Assembly (NCBI GenBank): GCA_965655625.1 | Contig: CBFHHA010000009.1 | Location: 895-64,894 of the forward strand | DNA: 64,000 nucleotides | DNA from: Flavobacteriales bacterium | GTDB taxonomy: Bacteria; Bacteroidota; Bacteroidia; Flavobacteriales_D; CAJJDF01 | Direction: 5' to 3' | Part shown: piece by piece, positions 44,213 through 52,519 of the stretch | Numbering within the stretch: position 1 is the stretch's first letter | Layout: each line of letters starts with the position of its first letter | Translations under genes and position numbers: made by a program | Notes under the pieces: generated by a model | What the model was told of the DNA's origin: nothing | Seen by the model: the letters and a program-made list of their open reading frames with translations, nothing else | Database searches by the model: none

Positions 44213-44617
44213 ATGGATTTTTCAACTGATATAAAAATAAGAGGCTTTCATATTGACGTGTTTGGACACATGAACAATGCTCGATACCTAGAATTGATGG
44301 AAGAAGCGAGATGGAGTTATATAGATGCGACCAACTTTCAAGATTACCTGACAAAAAATAATTGGGGGTTTGCTGTTGTCAATATTAATATTTCATACAA
44401 AAGACCAGCACACAATGGAGATACGTTGACTTTTACTCAAACCATAAAAAGAATGGGAAATTCTAGTATGACTATTGATCAAGTGATGACCAAGAAAAGT
44501 ACGGGCGAACTAGTTGCAAGCGCAGAAGTAACTTTTGTTGTTCTCGATTTGTCTACTCATAGACCTGCCCGAATCACCGAAGAAGTAAAATATGCTTTTG
44601 TTACTCCTAAATCTTAA
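44213..44617 (+). CDS. Acyl-CoA thioesterase (4HBT / YbgC-like hotdog fold)
   Basis: 134 aa. The N-terminal IRGFHIDVFGHMNNARYLELMEEARW is typical of the 4HBT family. Confidence 0.8.
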   Translation: MDFSTDIKIRGFHIDVFGHMNNARYLELMEEARWSYIDATNFQDYLTKNNWGFAVVNINISYKRPAHNGDTLTFTQTIKRMGNSSMTIDQVMTKKSTGELVASAEVTFVVLDLSTHRPARITEEVKYAFVTPKS

Positions 44618-44650
44618 TTTCGATACAATTTATTAAATTCAAATCTGATG

Positions 44651-44683
44651 GATAAGTTTCCTGCTTTCGCAGAAATGACAATC
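44651..44683 (+). repeat. REP-like hairpin unit, family A, copy 5 (divergent stem)
   Basis: Sequence GATAAGTTTCCTGCTTTCGCAGAAATGACAATC. The stem is TTT(C)CTGC / GCAGAAA with loop TTTC. The 3' flank ATGACAAT is identical to copy 2. Confidence 0.55.
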
Positions 44684-44699
44684 AAAAAATAGTGGAAAA

Positions 44700-45176
44700 A
44701 TGAATATCAAATTAATTGTAGTGGGCAAAACGGACAAATCCTATTTCGCGGAAGCAGAAAACGAATATTTGAATCGATTAAAACATTACATCAAAGTCAA
44801 TTACATTAAGATTCCTGAGTTAAAAAAAACAAAAAACTTATCACCTGCCCAAATTTGCGATAAAGAAGGAGAACTGATTCTAAGACACCTTAATCCGACT
44901 GATGAAGTATGGCTGATGGATGAAAAGGGAAAACAAAAAACATCAGTTCAGTTTTCTGAATTTTTACAAAAAAAAATGAATCAAGGAATCAAAGATTTGG
45001 TTTTTATTATTGGCGGAGCCTATGGCTTTTCGGATGAGATGTACAAGAAATTTCCTAACAAATTTAGCTTATCTAACATGACTTTCTCGCACCAAATGAT
45101 TCGAATCTTTTTGTTTGAGCAAATCTACAGAGGGATGACAATCCTGAAAGGACAACCTTATCACAACGAAGGGTAA
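44700..45176 (+). CDS. rlmH: 23S rRNA (pseudouridine1915-N3)-methyltransferase
   Basis: 158-aa SPOUT protein: MNIKLIVVGK, IIGGAYGF, and LSNMTFSHQMIRIFLFEQIYRG. Confidence 0.9.
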   Translation: MNIKLIVVGKTDKSYFAEAENEYLNRLKHYIKVNYIKIPELKKTKNLSPAQICDKEGELILRHLNPTDEVWLMDEKGKQKTSVQFSEFLQKKMNQGIKDLVFIIGGAYGFSDEMYKKFPNKFSLSNMTFSHQMIRIFLFEQIYRGMTILKGQPYHNEG

Positions 45177-45207
45177 AAAAAAAGTACTGCCAAGGCAGTA
45201 CTTTTTT
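45174..45207. terminator. Bidirectional rho-independent terminator between rlmH and the SPFH gene
   Basis: Stem AGTACTG / CAGTACT within AAGTACTGCCAAGGCAGTACTT (45182-45203), with A10 upstream and T6 downstream. Confidence 0.7.
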
Positions 45208-45263
45208 AATTTTATAAGTGATTGACTAGAAGTTTCCTCTTTCAAAGAAATTATATAAGAACA

Positions 45264-46112
45264 TTAATTATTCCCCAAAATCAAGGGCATTCCGTCTTTT
45301 CCGTTTCCAACAACGACAACCTTGGCATTGTTTGATTTTGATAGCTCGAGCGTTGCTTGAATTCCTTTTTCTTTCAGTATGTTATCTGTAAGAGAGGCGT
45401 TCAAAATTCTGTTGGCTTCAGCTTTTCCGGTTGCGTCAATTTTTTGTCTTTGAGCTTCTTTTTGAGCTTTTTCAAGTCTAAACTCATACTCCAAAGATTC
45501 TTGCTCTTGTGAAAGTTTACGCTCAATTGCATCCTTAATTTTTTGAGGAAGTGTTACATCTCTTACCAAAACTGCATTTAATTGTACGTGTTGCTTTTCA
45601 ACTTTTCGTTGAGTTTCCTCAAAAATTTCATTCTGAATAGCATCTCTTTTACTTGAGTACAGTTGCTCAGGTGTGTAACGTCCTATTACACTTCTGGCCA
45701 CTGCCCTAATCTCAGGAATAATGACAGTATTTCTATACTCCTCCCCTTTGGTTTTGTGCAAGATTCCTAATTCTTCGAATTTAGGTTGATACAGAACTGA
45801 AACATCCAAGGTAATTACCAATCCATTAGAAGATAAAACCTCCATTCCTTTCTCAAATATTTCTTGTTGCTTTGTGTTGTATTTGTACACCTTATTCCAA
45901 GGAGCTACAAAATGAAATCCCTCTCCCAATGGAGATTGATCTGTTACAACTCCTCCGCCAAAAGTTTTAAAAAGAACTCCTGCCTTTCCGTATTCGATAT
46001 TGATAGAGGATTTCCAAATAACGATAAGCAATATTATTGTTATAATGATTCCTCCTACTCCAAAGATTCCACCTTTGGATAATTTTGGTATTTCAAAGTC
46101 TTGTTGTGCCAT
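45264..46112 (-). CDS. SPFH/prohibitin-family membrane protein
   Basis: N-terminal TM helix (GGIIITIILLIVIW), a band-7 core and a coiled-coil C-terminal region (LEYEFRLEKAQKEAQRQ). Confidence 0.8.
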   Translation of the reverse strand: MAQQDFEIPKLSKGGIFGVGGIIITIILLIVIWKSSINIEYGKAGVLFKTFGGGVVTDQSPLGEGFHFVAPWNKVYKYNTKQQEIFEKGMEVLSSNGLVITLDVSVLYQPKFEELGILHKTKGEEYRNTVIIPEIRAVARSVIGRYTPEQLYSSKRDAIQNEIFEETQRKVEKQHVQLNAVLVRDVTLPQKIKDAIERKLSQEQESLEYEFRLEKAQKEAQRQKIDATGKAEANRILNASLTDNILKEKGIQATLELSKSNNAKVVVVGNGKDGMPLILGNN

Positions 46113-46204
46113 TGTATATTATTAATTGGTTGTTATGTTTAATTGAGATTGCTTAAAGATAGGGAGAATTTAACTCAATTACCTGCTGATAAAAGACGTT
46201 TACC

Positions 46205-46238
46205 AAAAAAAGTCCTACATCTTGCGAATAAGGACTTT
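46205..46238 (-). terminator. Rho-independent terminator after ettA
   Basis: On the minus strand the stem is AAAGTCCT / AGGACTTT with a 14-nt loop, followed by T7. Confidence 0.55.
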
Positions 46239-46253
46239 CTTCTCTTGTCTTTT

Positions 46254-47942
46254 CTAATCTCTCAGCAATTTCTTGTATTTCACCCTAGTAGGAACAGTGT
46301 TTCCAAGTCTCTTAATTTTGTTTTCTTCGTATTCTTGGTAAGTTCCTTCAAAGAAATATACTTCTGAATCATTTTCGAATGCCAAAATATGAGTACAAAT
46401 TCTTTCTAAAAACCATCTGTCGTGAGAAATGATGACAGCACATCCAGCAAAGTTTTGGATTCCTTCTTCCAAGGCTCTTAGCGTATTTACATCCAAGTCA
46501 TTTGTTGGCTCATCCAGTAACAATACGTTGGCCTCAGTCTTCAATGTCATTGCCAAGTGAAGTCTGTTTCTTTCTCCTCCAGAGAGTACTTTAATTTTTT
46601 TGCTTTGTGAGTTTCCACCGAAATTAAACCGTGAGATATAACTTCTCGCATTTATTTTTTCTCCCCCAATCTCAATGTTGTCAGCACCTCCAGAAACTAC
46701 TTCATACACCGTTTTTTCTGGGTCCATGTCTTTGTGTTTTTGGTCAACATAACCAATTTTCACCGTCTCACCCACTTTAAATTCCCCAGAATCTGGAGTA
46801 TCTTCTCCCATTATCATACGGAACATGGTGGTTTTTCCAGCACCGTTTGGCCCAATAATTCCTACAATTCCTGCGGGCGGTAATTTAAAATTCAAATCTT
46901 CGTACAATACTTTGTCGCCAAATGCTTTTGCCACATTGGTTGCTTCAATAACTTCTTTCCCCAATCTTGGTCCATTTGGAATAGGGATCTCAAGAGTTTG
47001 TTCTTTTTCAGCGGATTTCTGATTCAACATTTGCTCGTAATTTGCAATACGTGCCTTGTTTTTCGCTCTTCTTCCTTTTGGATTTTGGTTCACCCATTCC
47101 AACTCGCGCTGCAGGTGTTTTTGTCTTTTGCTTTCGTTCTTCTCTTCTTGTTGTAATCTTTTTAACTTCTGATCCATCCAAGAGCTGTAATTTCCTTTCC
47201 ATGGAATTCCTTTTCCTCTATCAAGTTCAAGTATCCAACCTGCAATGTTATCCAAGAAAAATCTATCGTGGGTTACGGCTATTACCGTTCCAGCATATTG
47301 ATTTAGGTGCTGCTCCAACCATTGAACAGATTCTGTATCAAGGTGGTTGGTAGGCTCATCCAACAGCAATACATCTGGGTTTTGAAGCAACAATCTACAC
47401 AGCGCAACTCTTCTCAGCTCTCCTCCTGATAAATTTTCTACTGAGGTATCGCCTTCTGGAGTTCTTAATGCTCCCATTGCCATTTCTAATTTGCTGTCAA
47501 TATCCCATGCATCCAATTGATCAATTTGACCTTGTACTTCGCCCTGGCGATCAATCAAAGCTTGCATTTTATCCGGATCGTTCATGATTTCTTCATCCAT
47601 GAACTTATTGTTTATTTCTTCGTATTCGGCCAAAATATCCATGGTGCTTTGCACTCCTTCCTGCACTATTTCTTTTACAGTTTTAGTAGGATCCAATTTT
47701 GGTTCTTGTGGCAAATAACCCACCGTATATCCGTCTTGAAATACAACCTCTCCTTGGTAATCTTTGTCCAATCCTGCAATGATTTTCATTACGGTAGATT
47801 TACCCGAACCATTGAGTCCTAAAATTCCTATTTTAGCTCCATAAAAGAAAGACAAGTAAATATCTTTCAAGATGTGTTGTCCCGATGGAGTGGTTTTATT
47901 CACTCGATCCATCGAGAATATTATTTTTTTATCGTCTGACAT
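46254..47942 (-). CDS. ettA: Energy-dependent translational throttle protein (ABC-F ATPase)
   Basis: 562 aa with two ABC cassettes (GLNGSGKST / LSGGELRR and GPNGAGKTT / LSGGERNR) and a typical EttA N-terminus (KIIFSMDRVNK). Confidence 0.9.
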   Translation of the reverse strand: MSDDKKIIFSMDRVNKTTPSGQHILKDIYLSFFYGAKIGILGLNGSGKSTVMKIIAGLDKDYQGEVVFQDGYTVGYLPQEPKLDPTKTVKEIVQEGVQSTMDILAEYEEINNKFMDEEIMNDPDKMQALIDRQGEVQGQIDQLDAWDIDSKLEMAMGALRTPEGDTSVENLSGGELRRVALCRLLLQNPDVLLLDEPTNHLDTESVQWLEQHLNQYAGTVIAVTHDRFFLDNIAGWILELDRGKGIPWKGNYSSWMDQKLKRLQQEEKNESKRQKHLQRELEWVNQNPKGRRAKNKARIANYEQMLNQKSAEKEQTLEIPIPNGPRLGKEVIEATNVAKAFGDKVLYEDLNFKLPPAGIVGIIGPNGAGKTTMFRMIMGEDTPDSGEFKVGETVKIGYVDQKHKDMDPEKTVYEVVSGGADNIEIGGEKINARSYISRFNFGGNSQSKKIKVLSGGERNRLHLAMTLKTEANVLLLDEPTNDLDVNTLRALEEGIQNFAGCAVIISHDRWFLERICTHILAFENDSEVYFFEGTYQEYEENKIKRLGNTVPTRVKYKKLLRD

Positions 47943-48116
47943 TCGTTTTAATAGTTAGTCGTTTGTAAATAGTCTCCAGTCATTAGATTTTAATCTTTAG
48001 ACTGAAAGATTACTAAGGTAATGAAGTTGTATTTGAATAGAAAATTGAAGGCTTGAATATTGTTAAATTTTAATAAAAAAGATTTCATTAGCCAATATTT
48101 GAATATCTTAGGAAAG

Positions 48117-48710
48117 ATGAAAATCATAGTCCTACTCTATTTTGTCCTTCTATTTCCAGTTTTAGGAAGTTCAATTTCGCTTTTTTCTCAAGAAAGCAAA
48201 ACACCTATTTTGGTTTCTATTGAAGATAGTTTGAGAGAGAAATTACACTGGGAATACGACTCGACTTGGATTAATACTCAGTTGGGTATAAACAAATCAA
48301 CGGGTAATTTTGACAGTTCCATTCAATACAAATTAGTAAAAATTGGAAAAGAAAATTTTTATGAAGGCCCATTTTATACTGGTGAGCAAGACACAATTAA
48401 GTTACGACAAACTCAATATGGAGATTCAATTCTGATTTTACGGGGTATGAAATTCTATACTTACATCGGAAATTCATCCTGGGGTTACTACCCTACCTAT
48501 CATCTGATAAAAATAAAATCAGAAATCCCCCTCCGGCTTTCTAATGAAGTGTTAGATCAATTAAAAATTAGGTTGGAAAATACATGTGAACATGGTTGGA
48601 ATAAATTGCGTGGACAATCCTGCCCGCAATGTATACGAGGATTTCGAATAAAACATGATACAACCGAATTAATACAAAAAAAAATCCTCCTTGAAGACAA
48701 GAAGGATTAA
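48117..48710 (+). CDS. Secreted hypothetical protein
   Basis: I use ATG 48117, which gives the signal peptide MKIIVLLYFVLLFPVLGSSISLFSQ. There is a C-terminal CEHGW...CPQC cysteine pair. No family was recognised. Confidence 0.5.
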   Translation: MKIIVLLYFVLLFPVLGSSISLFSQESKTPILVSIEDSLREKLHWEYDSTWINTQLGINKSTGNFDSSIQYKLVKIGKENFYEGPFYTGEQDTIKLRQTQYGDSILILRGMKFYTYIGNSSWGYYPTYHLIKIKSEIPLRLSNEVLDQLKIRLENTCEHGWNKLRGQSCPQCIRGFRIKHDTTELIQKKILLEDKKD

Positions 48711-48729
48711 TAAATAGCTGAATAAAACT

Positions 48730-49575
48730 TTATTCAATGATTAATTTCTTAGTTGTATGTCCTTTTTCATTATTCACCCTAATCAGATAAATTCCAGATT
48801 CCAGATTATGTGAGTCTATTTCCAAATAAATTAGCCCACTCAATGATTTTGAAATAATTAATTTACCATTTAAATCCAATAATTCAACAGTACCATTTTC
48901 TTGTGTTTCAGAAAAACTGAGGTTTACTCTATTACTTGCTGGATTTGGGTACACATTCAATTCTGTTTCAACATTCAATTCATCTATCCCAACTGAATTG
49001 TGAGAAATCACAGTTACTGTAAATCCACTCCTTAAAATCCCTGAAGAATCTACGGTGATGGTATCGTGATAAAAATTTGAACATCCAGAAAGCGTATCAT
49101 GAATGTACAAAGAAACTTGATAGCTTCCCGCTGCTGCATAACTATGGGTAGGAAACTGAGTATACGATATATTTCCGTCTCCAAAATTCCAAGTATAGCC
49201 AATAGCCGTGCCCATTCCATACGAAGAATCTACTAGCACAACTTGACCTGGTGTGGTTTGAGTTGGGTAAAAGTAGGCTCGGCAGTTTGTATCAATCGAA
49301 ACGCAAGGCGATATAGAGGTACAAGCAACTGTTGGGTCGGTAAGCATGACAGAATAATCGGTTGTGTAATCTGTAGGTGTGTAGGTTCTGTTTGTCGCTC
49401 CAGGAATCAAAGTCATGCCTCCAACCATAGCTGAGCAATCCTTGTACCATTGGTAAGTAAATCCGTCAACTCCTGCATCAATCGTGTGACCTGTTATAAA
49501 CAGCGAGTCGGCACATTGTGAATAAGAAACCAAGCTAATGAATGAGGAGAGAATAATAATTGATATTTTTTTCAT
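48730..49575 (-). CDS. PKD-domain protein with T9SS type-A (Por_Secre_tail) C-terminal domain
   Basis: It has a signal peptide and a PKD signature (WNFGDGNISYTQFPTHSYAAAGSYQVSLYIHD). The C-terminus is LNVYPNPASNRVNLSF...GIYLIRVNNEKGHTTKKLIIE. Confidence 0.85.
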   Translation of the reverse strand: MKKISIIILSSFISLVSYSQCADSLFITGHTIDAGVDGFTYQWYKDCSAMVGGMTLIPGATNRTYTPTDYTTDYSVMLTDPTVACTSISPCVSIDTNCRAYFYPTQTTPGQVVLVDSSYGMGTAIGYTWNFGDGNISYTQFPTHSYAAAGSYQVSLYIHDTLSGCSNFYHDTITVDSSGILRSGFTVTVISHNSVGIDELNVETELNVYPNPASNRVNLSFSETQENGTVELLDLNGKLIISKSLSGLIYLEIDSHNLESGIYLIRVNNEKGHTTKKLIIE

Positions 49576-49623
49576 ATTTAGTAATTTTTTGTCGCCTCGA
49601 AGATAGGAAAAACGACAGAATTT

Positions 49624-52320
49624 TTAATTCATATTGTTTAGATAATCAATCACTTTCGTATCTTTCTCTTGTTTTTTTAGTGTTGAAATAATGAATTCCA
49701 TTTTATTTAACTCCAAGCTAAATTCGCTCATCTCTCTTTCTATTTTAGACTTTTTAGTCGGTTCAGAAACAAGTGATAATTCTGTTTTCAACTCTTCTAT
49801 CCTATTCAATATCCTATTTTTTCCTGTAATCAAACCTTGGTAGCCCACCATTTTCATCCACCAGGCCGAAGAGTTTTGAATCACTTTTTCATAAACCGGA
49901 ATAGAAACAGGTATTTCGGTTTCGTCCAGTCTGCTCAAATAGTTTGAGTATTGACTCAACAGGCCATATTGAGCAAATCCATTGGTTGATTCTATTGATT
50001 TGACAAAAAATTCATGGTTCGATTTATCTCCATATTCGGCATACAGACTCACAATTATTTCCTTCACAGTGCTGCTTTTCTCCCGCTCTAATTCTTTGGT
50101 AAAAGTCAAAGCTTTGTTCGGGTTGTTTTCTGCTAGCCCATCCAGGCATGCTCCAATTACTTGGTAGGATTGGTCTTTCAATCCTTTCTCTAAAAGCACT
50201 TCGTGGCCTTTGTCTTCTGCATAAAACTTGGTCAAGCTTTTGTATGCATTTGCTCTCACAGATGAAGAGGAATTGTGAGTGGTTAATTTCAATAAACGAG
50301 ATTTCAATTTAGCTGGCATCAGGTTATGCATTTCACCCAAAGCACTCATTCCCATATTATTAAATTCGTCAAAATTTAATTCTAACAATCTATAAATTGC
50401 CGCAACTGCCTCGGGGTCTTTGGAATTTTTAAGTTCAGCTAAAGCTTCTTTTTTATCCAAGTACTTGGGTGCATGAATCAATTGATACACCCACTGACTA
50501 TTTGGTTTATCCTCCGTTTTCTGTGACAAAATCACTTTCTCCGCATCGAAATTGACAAGCAAGGGAGATTCAGATGAAAAAACAAAGGTCTGTTTTTTCT
50601 GAGTTACAAAAATAGACTCACGTTTTATTCCTTGATTTGTATAAACATCAATTTCAATTGGCAATTGAAAAACAGGAAATTGATTGAAGTTTTGTCCTTG
50701 CTCTACCGTGACTGTCACCTCTTTTTTGTCAGAATCATAAGACTGAGAATAATGTAAAGTGGGGTGACCTTTGTCGAAATACCATTGATTGAAAAACCAA
50801 TTCAAATCTTTGCCCGTAACCTCCTCGAAGGACAGTCTCAGATCATGCGCCTCAGCAGCTTTAAATTTCATTTTGGTTAAAAAATGATTCAAAGAAGTGA
50901 AAAAAGCATCGTCACCCAAATAATACCGCAACATATGAAGAATTCGTCCTCCTTTGTTGTAAGAGTGGCCATCAAACATTTCCATTTCATTCTCGTACTC
51001 GAAATTCACTAAATCGTGATAACCTCCTTGGGTACTAGAAAGAAAATAGCCTCGAGCTTCTCCAAAAGCGTTCCTATCAGCTTCTTCTCTTCCGTGTTCA
51101 TATTCGTCCCACAGATATTGGCTATAATTGGCAAAAGACTCATTGATAGTAAGGTTCGACCAAGATTCTGCGGTAACTAAATCACCAAACCAATGATGGA
51201 ATAATTCATGAGCAATAATTGATTCATTGTCGGAATCCAACAATTCTCTGTCCGTTTGATATAAAAAATCCCCGTGAATGACAGCCGTAGTATTTTCCAT
51301 GGCACCGGAAACATAGTCTCTCACCACAATTTGGTTGTATTTATCCCAAGGATACGTAACTCCCAATTTTTCTGAAAAGAATTGAATCATTTTAGGTGTT
51401 TTTCCAAAAATAGCTTTGGCATAAGGAGTAAATTCTGGTTCTGTGTAGTAATTCACTTCCATTTTTGTTCCATTTGGTCGAGTCCATGAGTCTTTGGTTA
51501 TTTCAAACTCTCCTACTGCCATCATGAATAAATAGGGTGCATGACGCTGGTCTTGTTTCCAATAATCTGTTCGGGTTCCGTCCTCATTTTTTTTAGATGA
51601 AATCATTGTTCCATTTGATAAAGTTTTAAACTTATCATTCACTGTAATCGCCAATTCTTGAGTTGTTTTCTCATTGGGCGAATCAATTGTTGGGAACCAG
51701 CATGAGCTAGATTCTGTTTCGCCTTGTGTCCATATTTGCGGCATTTTGTTTGGGTCTTCGCCCAAAGGATTAATGAAATACAATCCTTTTTCATCGGTAA
51801 TTGCCGCACTTCCAGTTGCCTTTAGTTCATTTGGTTTTGCTGTGTAGTGAATGATAACAGAATATTTTTCTTTTCTGGTGTACGTTCTACCTAAATCAAT
51901 TACGAGTTTCATCCCATCATAATCGTATTTCATACTATACTCAATATCTGGCATTAATGATTGATTATCAGCTTTTATAAAATTACTTTTTGCCTGTTTC
52001 ACCGAATGAATATCCATTCCTTTTGCATCCAACACAAGTGTAGATGTATTATAAAAATAGGGAGTAAAAGTTAATTCAGCAGTTCCCAACAAATGTTGTT
52101 TTTCCCAATCAAATTTCACCTCTAATTTGGTATGAATCAAATCATTTACTCTTGTGTTACTCGCTTGATAGCGCGTTACTGTAACTTCTTCGTCATCCGA
52201 TTGAATCGTTAATTCTGGCAACGCCATCACCTCTGCTGGTTCTTCTTGAATAACTTGCTTATTGGTTTTGCAATTGGTTAGTATTGCTAATGTGGCTAGC
52301 AGGTAAAGTAGGTTTTTCAT
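49624..52320 (-). CDS. M1-family zinc aminopeptidase with C-terminal HEAT-like extension
   Basis: GAMENT exopeptidase motif, zinc site HELFHHWFGDLVT...NESFANY, and a signal/lipoprotein-like N-terminus (LAILTNC). Confidence 0.9.
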   Translation of the reverse strand: MKNLLYLLATLAILTNCKTNKQVIQEEPAEVMALPELTIQSDDEEVTVTRYQASNTRVNDLIHTKLEVKFDWEKQHLLGTAELTFTPYFYNTSTLVLDAKGMDIHSVKQAKSNFIKADNQSLMPDIEYSMKYDYDGMKLVIDLGRTYTRKEKYSVIIHYTAKPNELKATGSAAITDEKGLYFINPLGEDPNKMPQIWTQGETESSSCWFPTIDSPNEKTTQELAITVNDKFKTLSNGTMISSKKNEDGTRTDYWKQDQRHAPYLFMMAVGEFEITKDSWTRPNGTKMEVNYYTEPEFTPYAKAIFGKTPKMIQFFSEKLGVTYPWDKYNQIVVRDYVSGAMENTTAVIHGDFLYQTDRELLDSDNESIIAHELFHHWFGDLVTAESWSNLTINESFANYSQYLWDEYEHGREEADRNAFGEARGYFLSSTQGGYHDLVNFEYENEMEMFDGHSYNKGGRILHMLRYYLGDDAFFTSLNHFLTKMKFKAAEAHDLRLSFEEVTGKDLNWFFNQWYFDKGHPTLHYSQSYDSDKKEVTVTVEQGQNFNQFPVFQLPIEIDVYTNQGIKRESIFVTQKKQTFVFSSESPLLVNFDAEKVILSQKTEDKPNSQWVYQLIHAPKYLDKKEALAELKNSKDPEAVAAIYRLLELNFDEFNNMGMSALGEMHNLMPAKLKSRLLKLTTHNSSSSVRANAYKSLTKFYAEDKGHEVLLEKGLKDQSYQVIGACLDGLAENNPNKALTFTKELEREKSSTVKEIIVSLYAEYGDKSNHEFFVKSIESTNGFAQYGLLSQYSNYLSRLDETEIPVSIPVYEKVIQNSSAWWMKMVGYQGLITGKNRILNRIEELKTELSLVSEPTKKSKIEREMSEFSLELNKMEFIISTLKKQEKDTKVIDYLNNMN

Positions 52321-52423
52321 ATATCTCTTTTTTCAATTTTGTTTTTATTCTCTTTGTAAATTCTCGATTCTTCTAGTCAAGCTTTCCTCGGTTTCTTGGG
52401 AAAAGTTTGGATTCTCGGGTTAT

Positions 52424-52519
52424 CCCATCCCAACCTTCCCAAAGGGAAGGAGTATTATCGGGTTAATCTTACCTCGAGAGTTTAGAGTTCCCTCTCATGA
52501 GGGAAGGGTTAGGAATGAG
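52424..52519. repeat. Inverted pair of G/C-rich hairpin repeats, family B
   Basis: The left unit is CCCATCCCAACCTTCCC-AAA-GGGAAGG (52424-52450). The right unit is TTCCCTC-TCAT-GAGGGAAGGGTTAGGAATGAG (52488-52519). The right unit read in reverse complement matches the pattern CAT(T)CCYAACC(C)TTCCC. Short direct repeats ATTCTCGGGTTATC / ATTATCGGGTTAATC flank them. Confidence 0.65.

Noticed and set aside
46143-46367. 74-aa plus-strand ORF overlapping the ettA 3' end
   Set aside because: It overlaps the ettA terminator hairpin and coding end. Its sequence is low-complexity and has no support.
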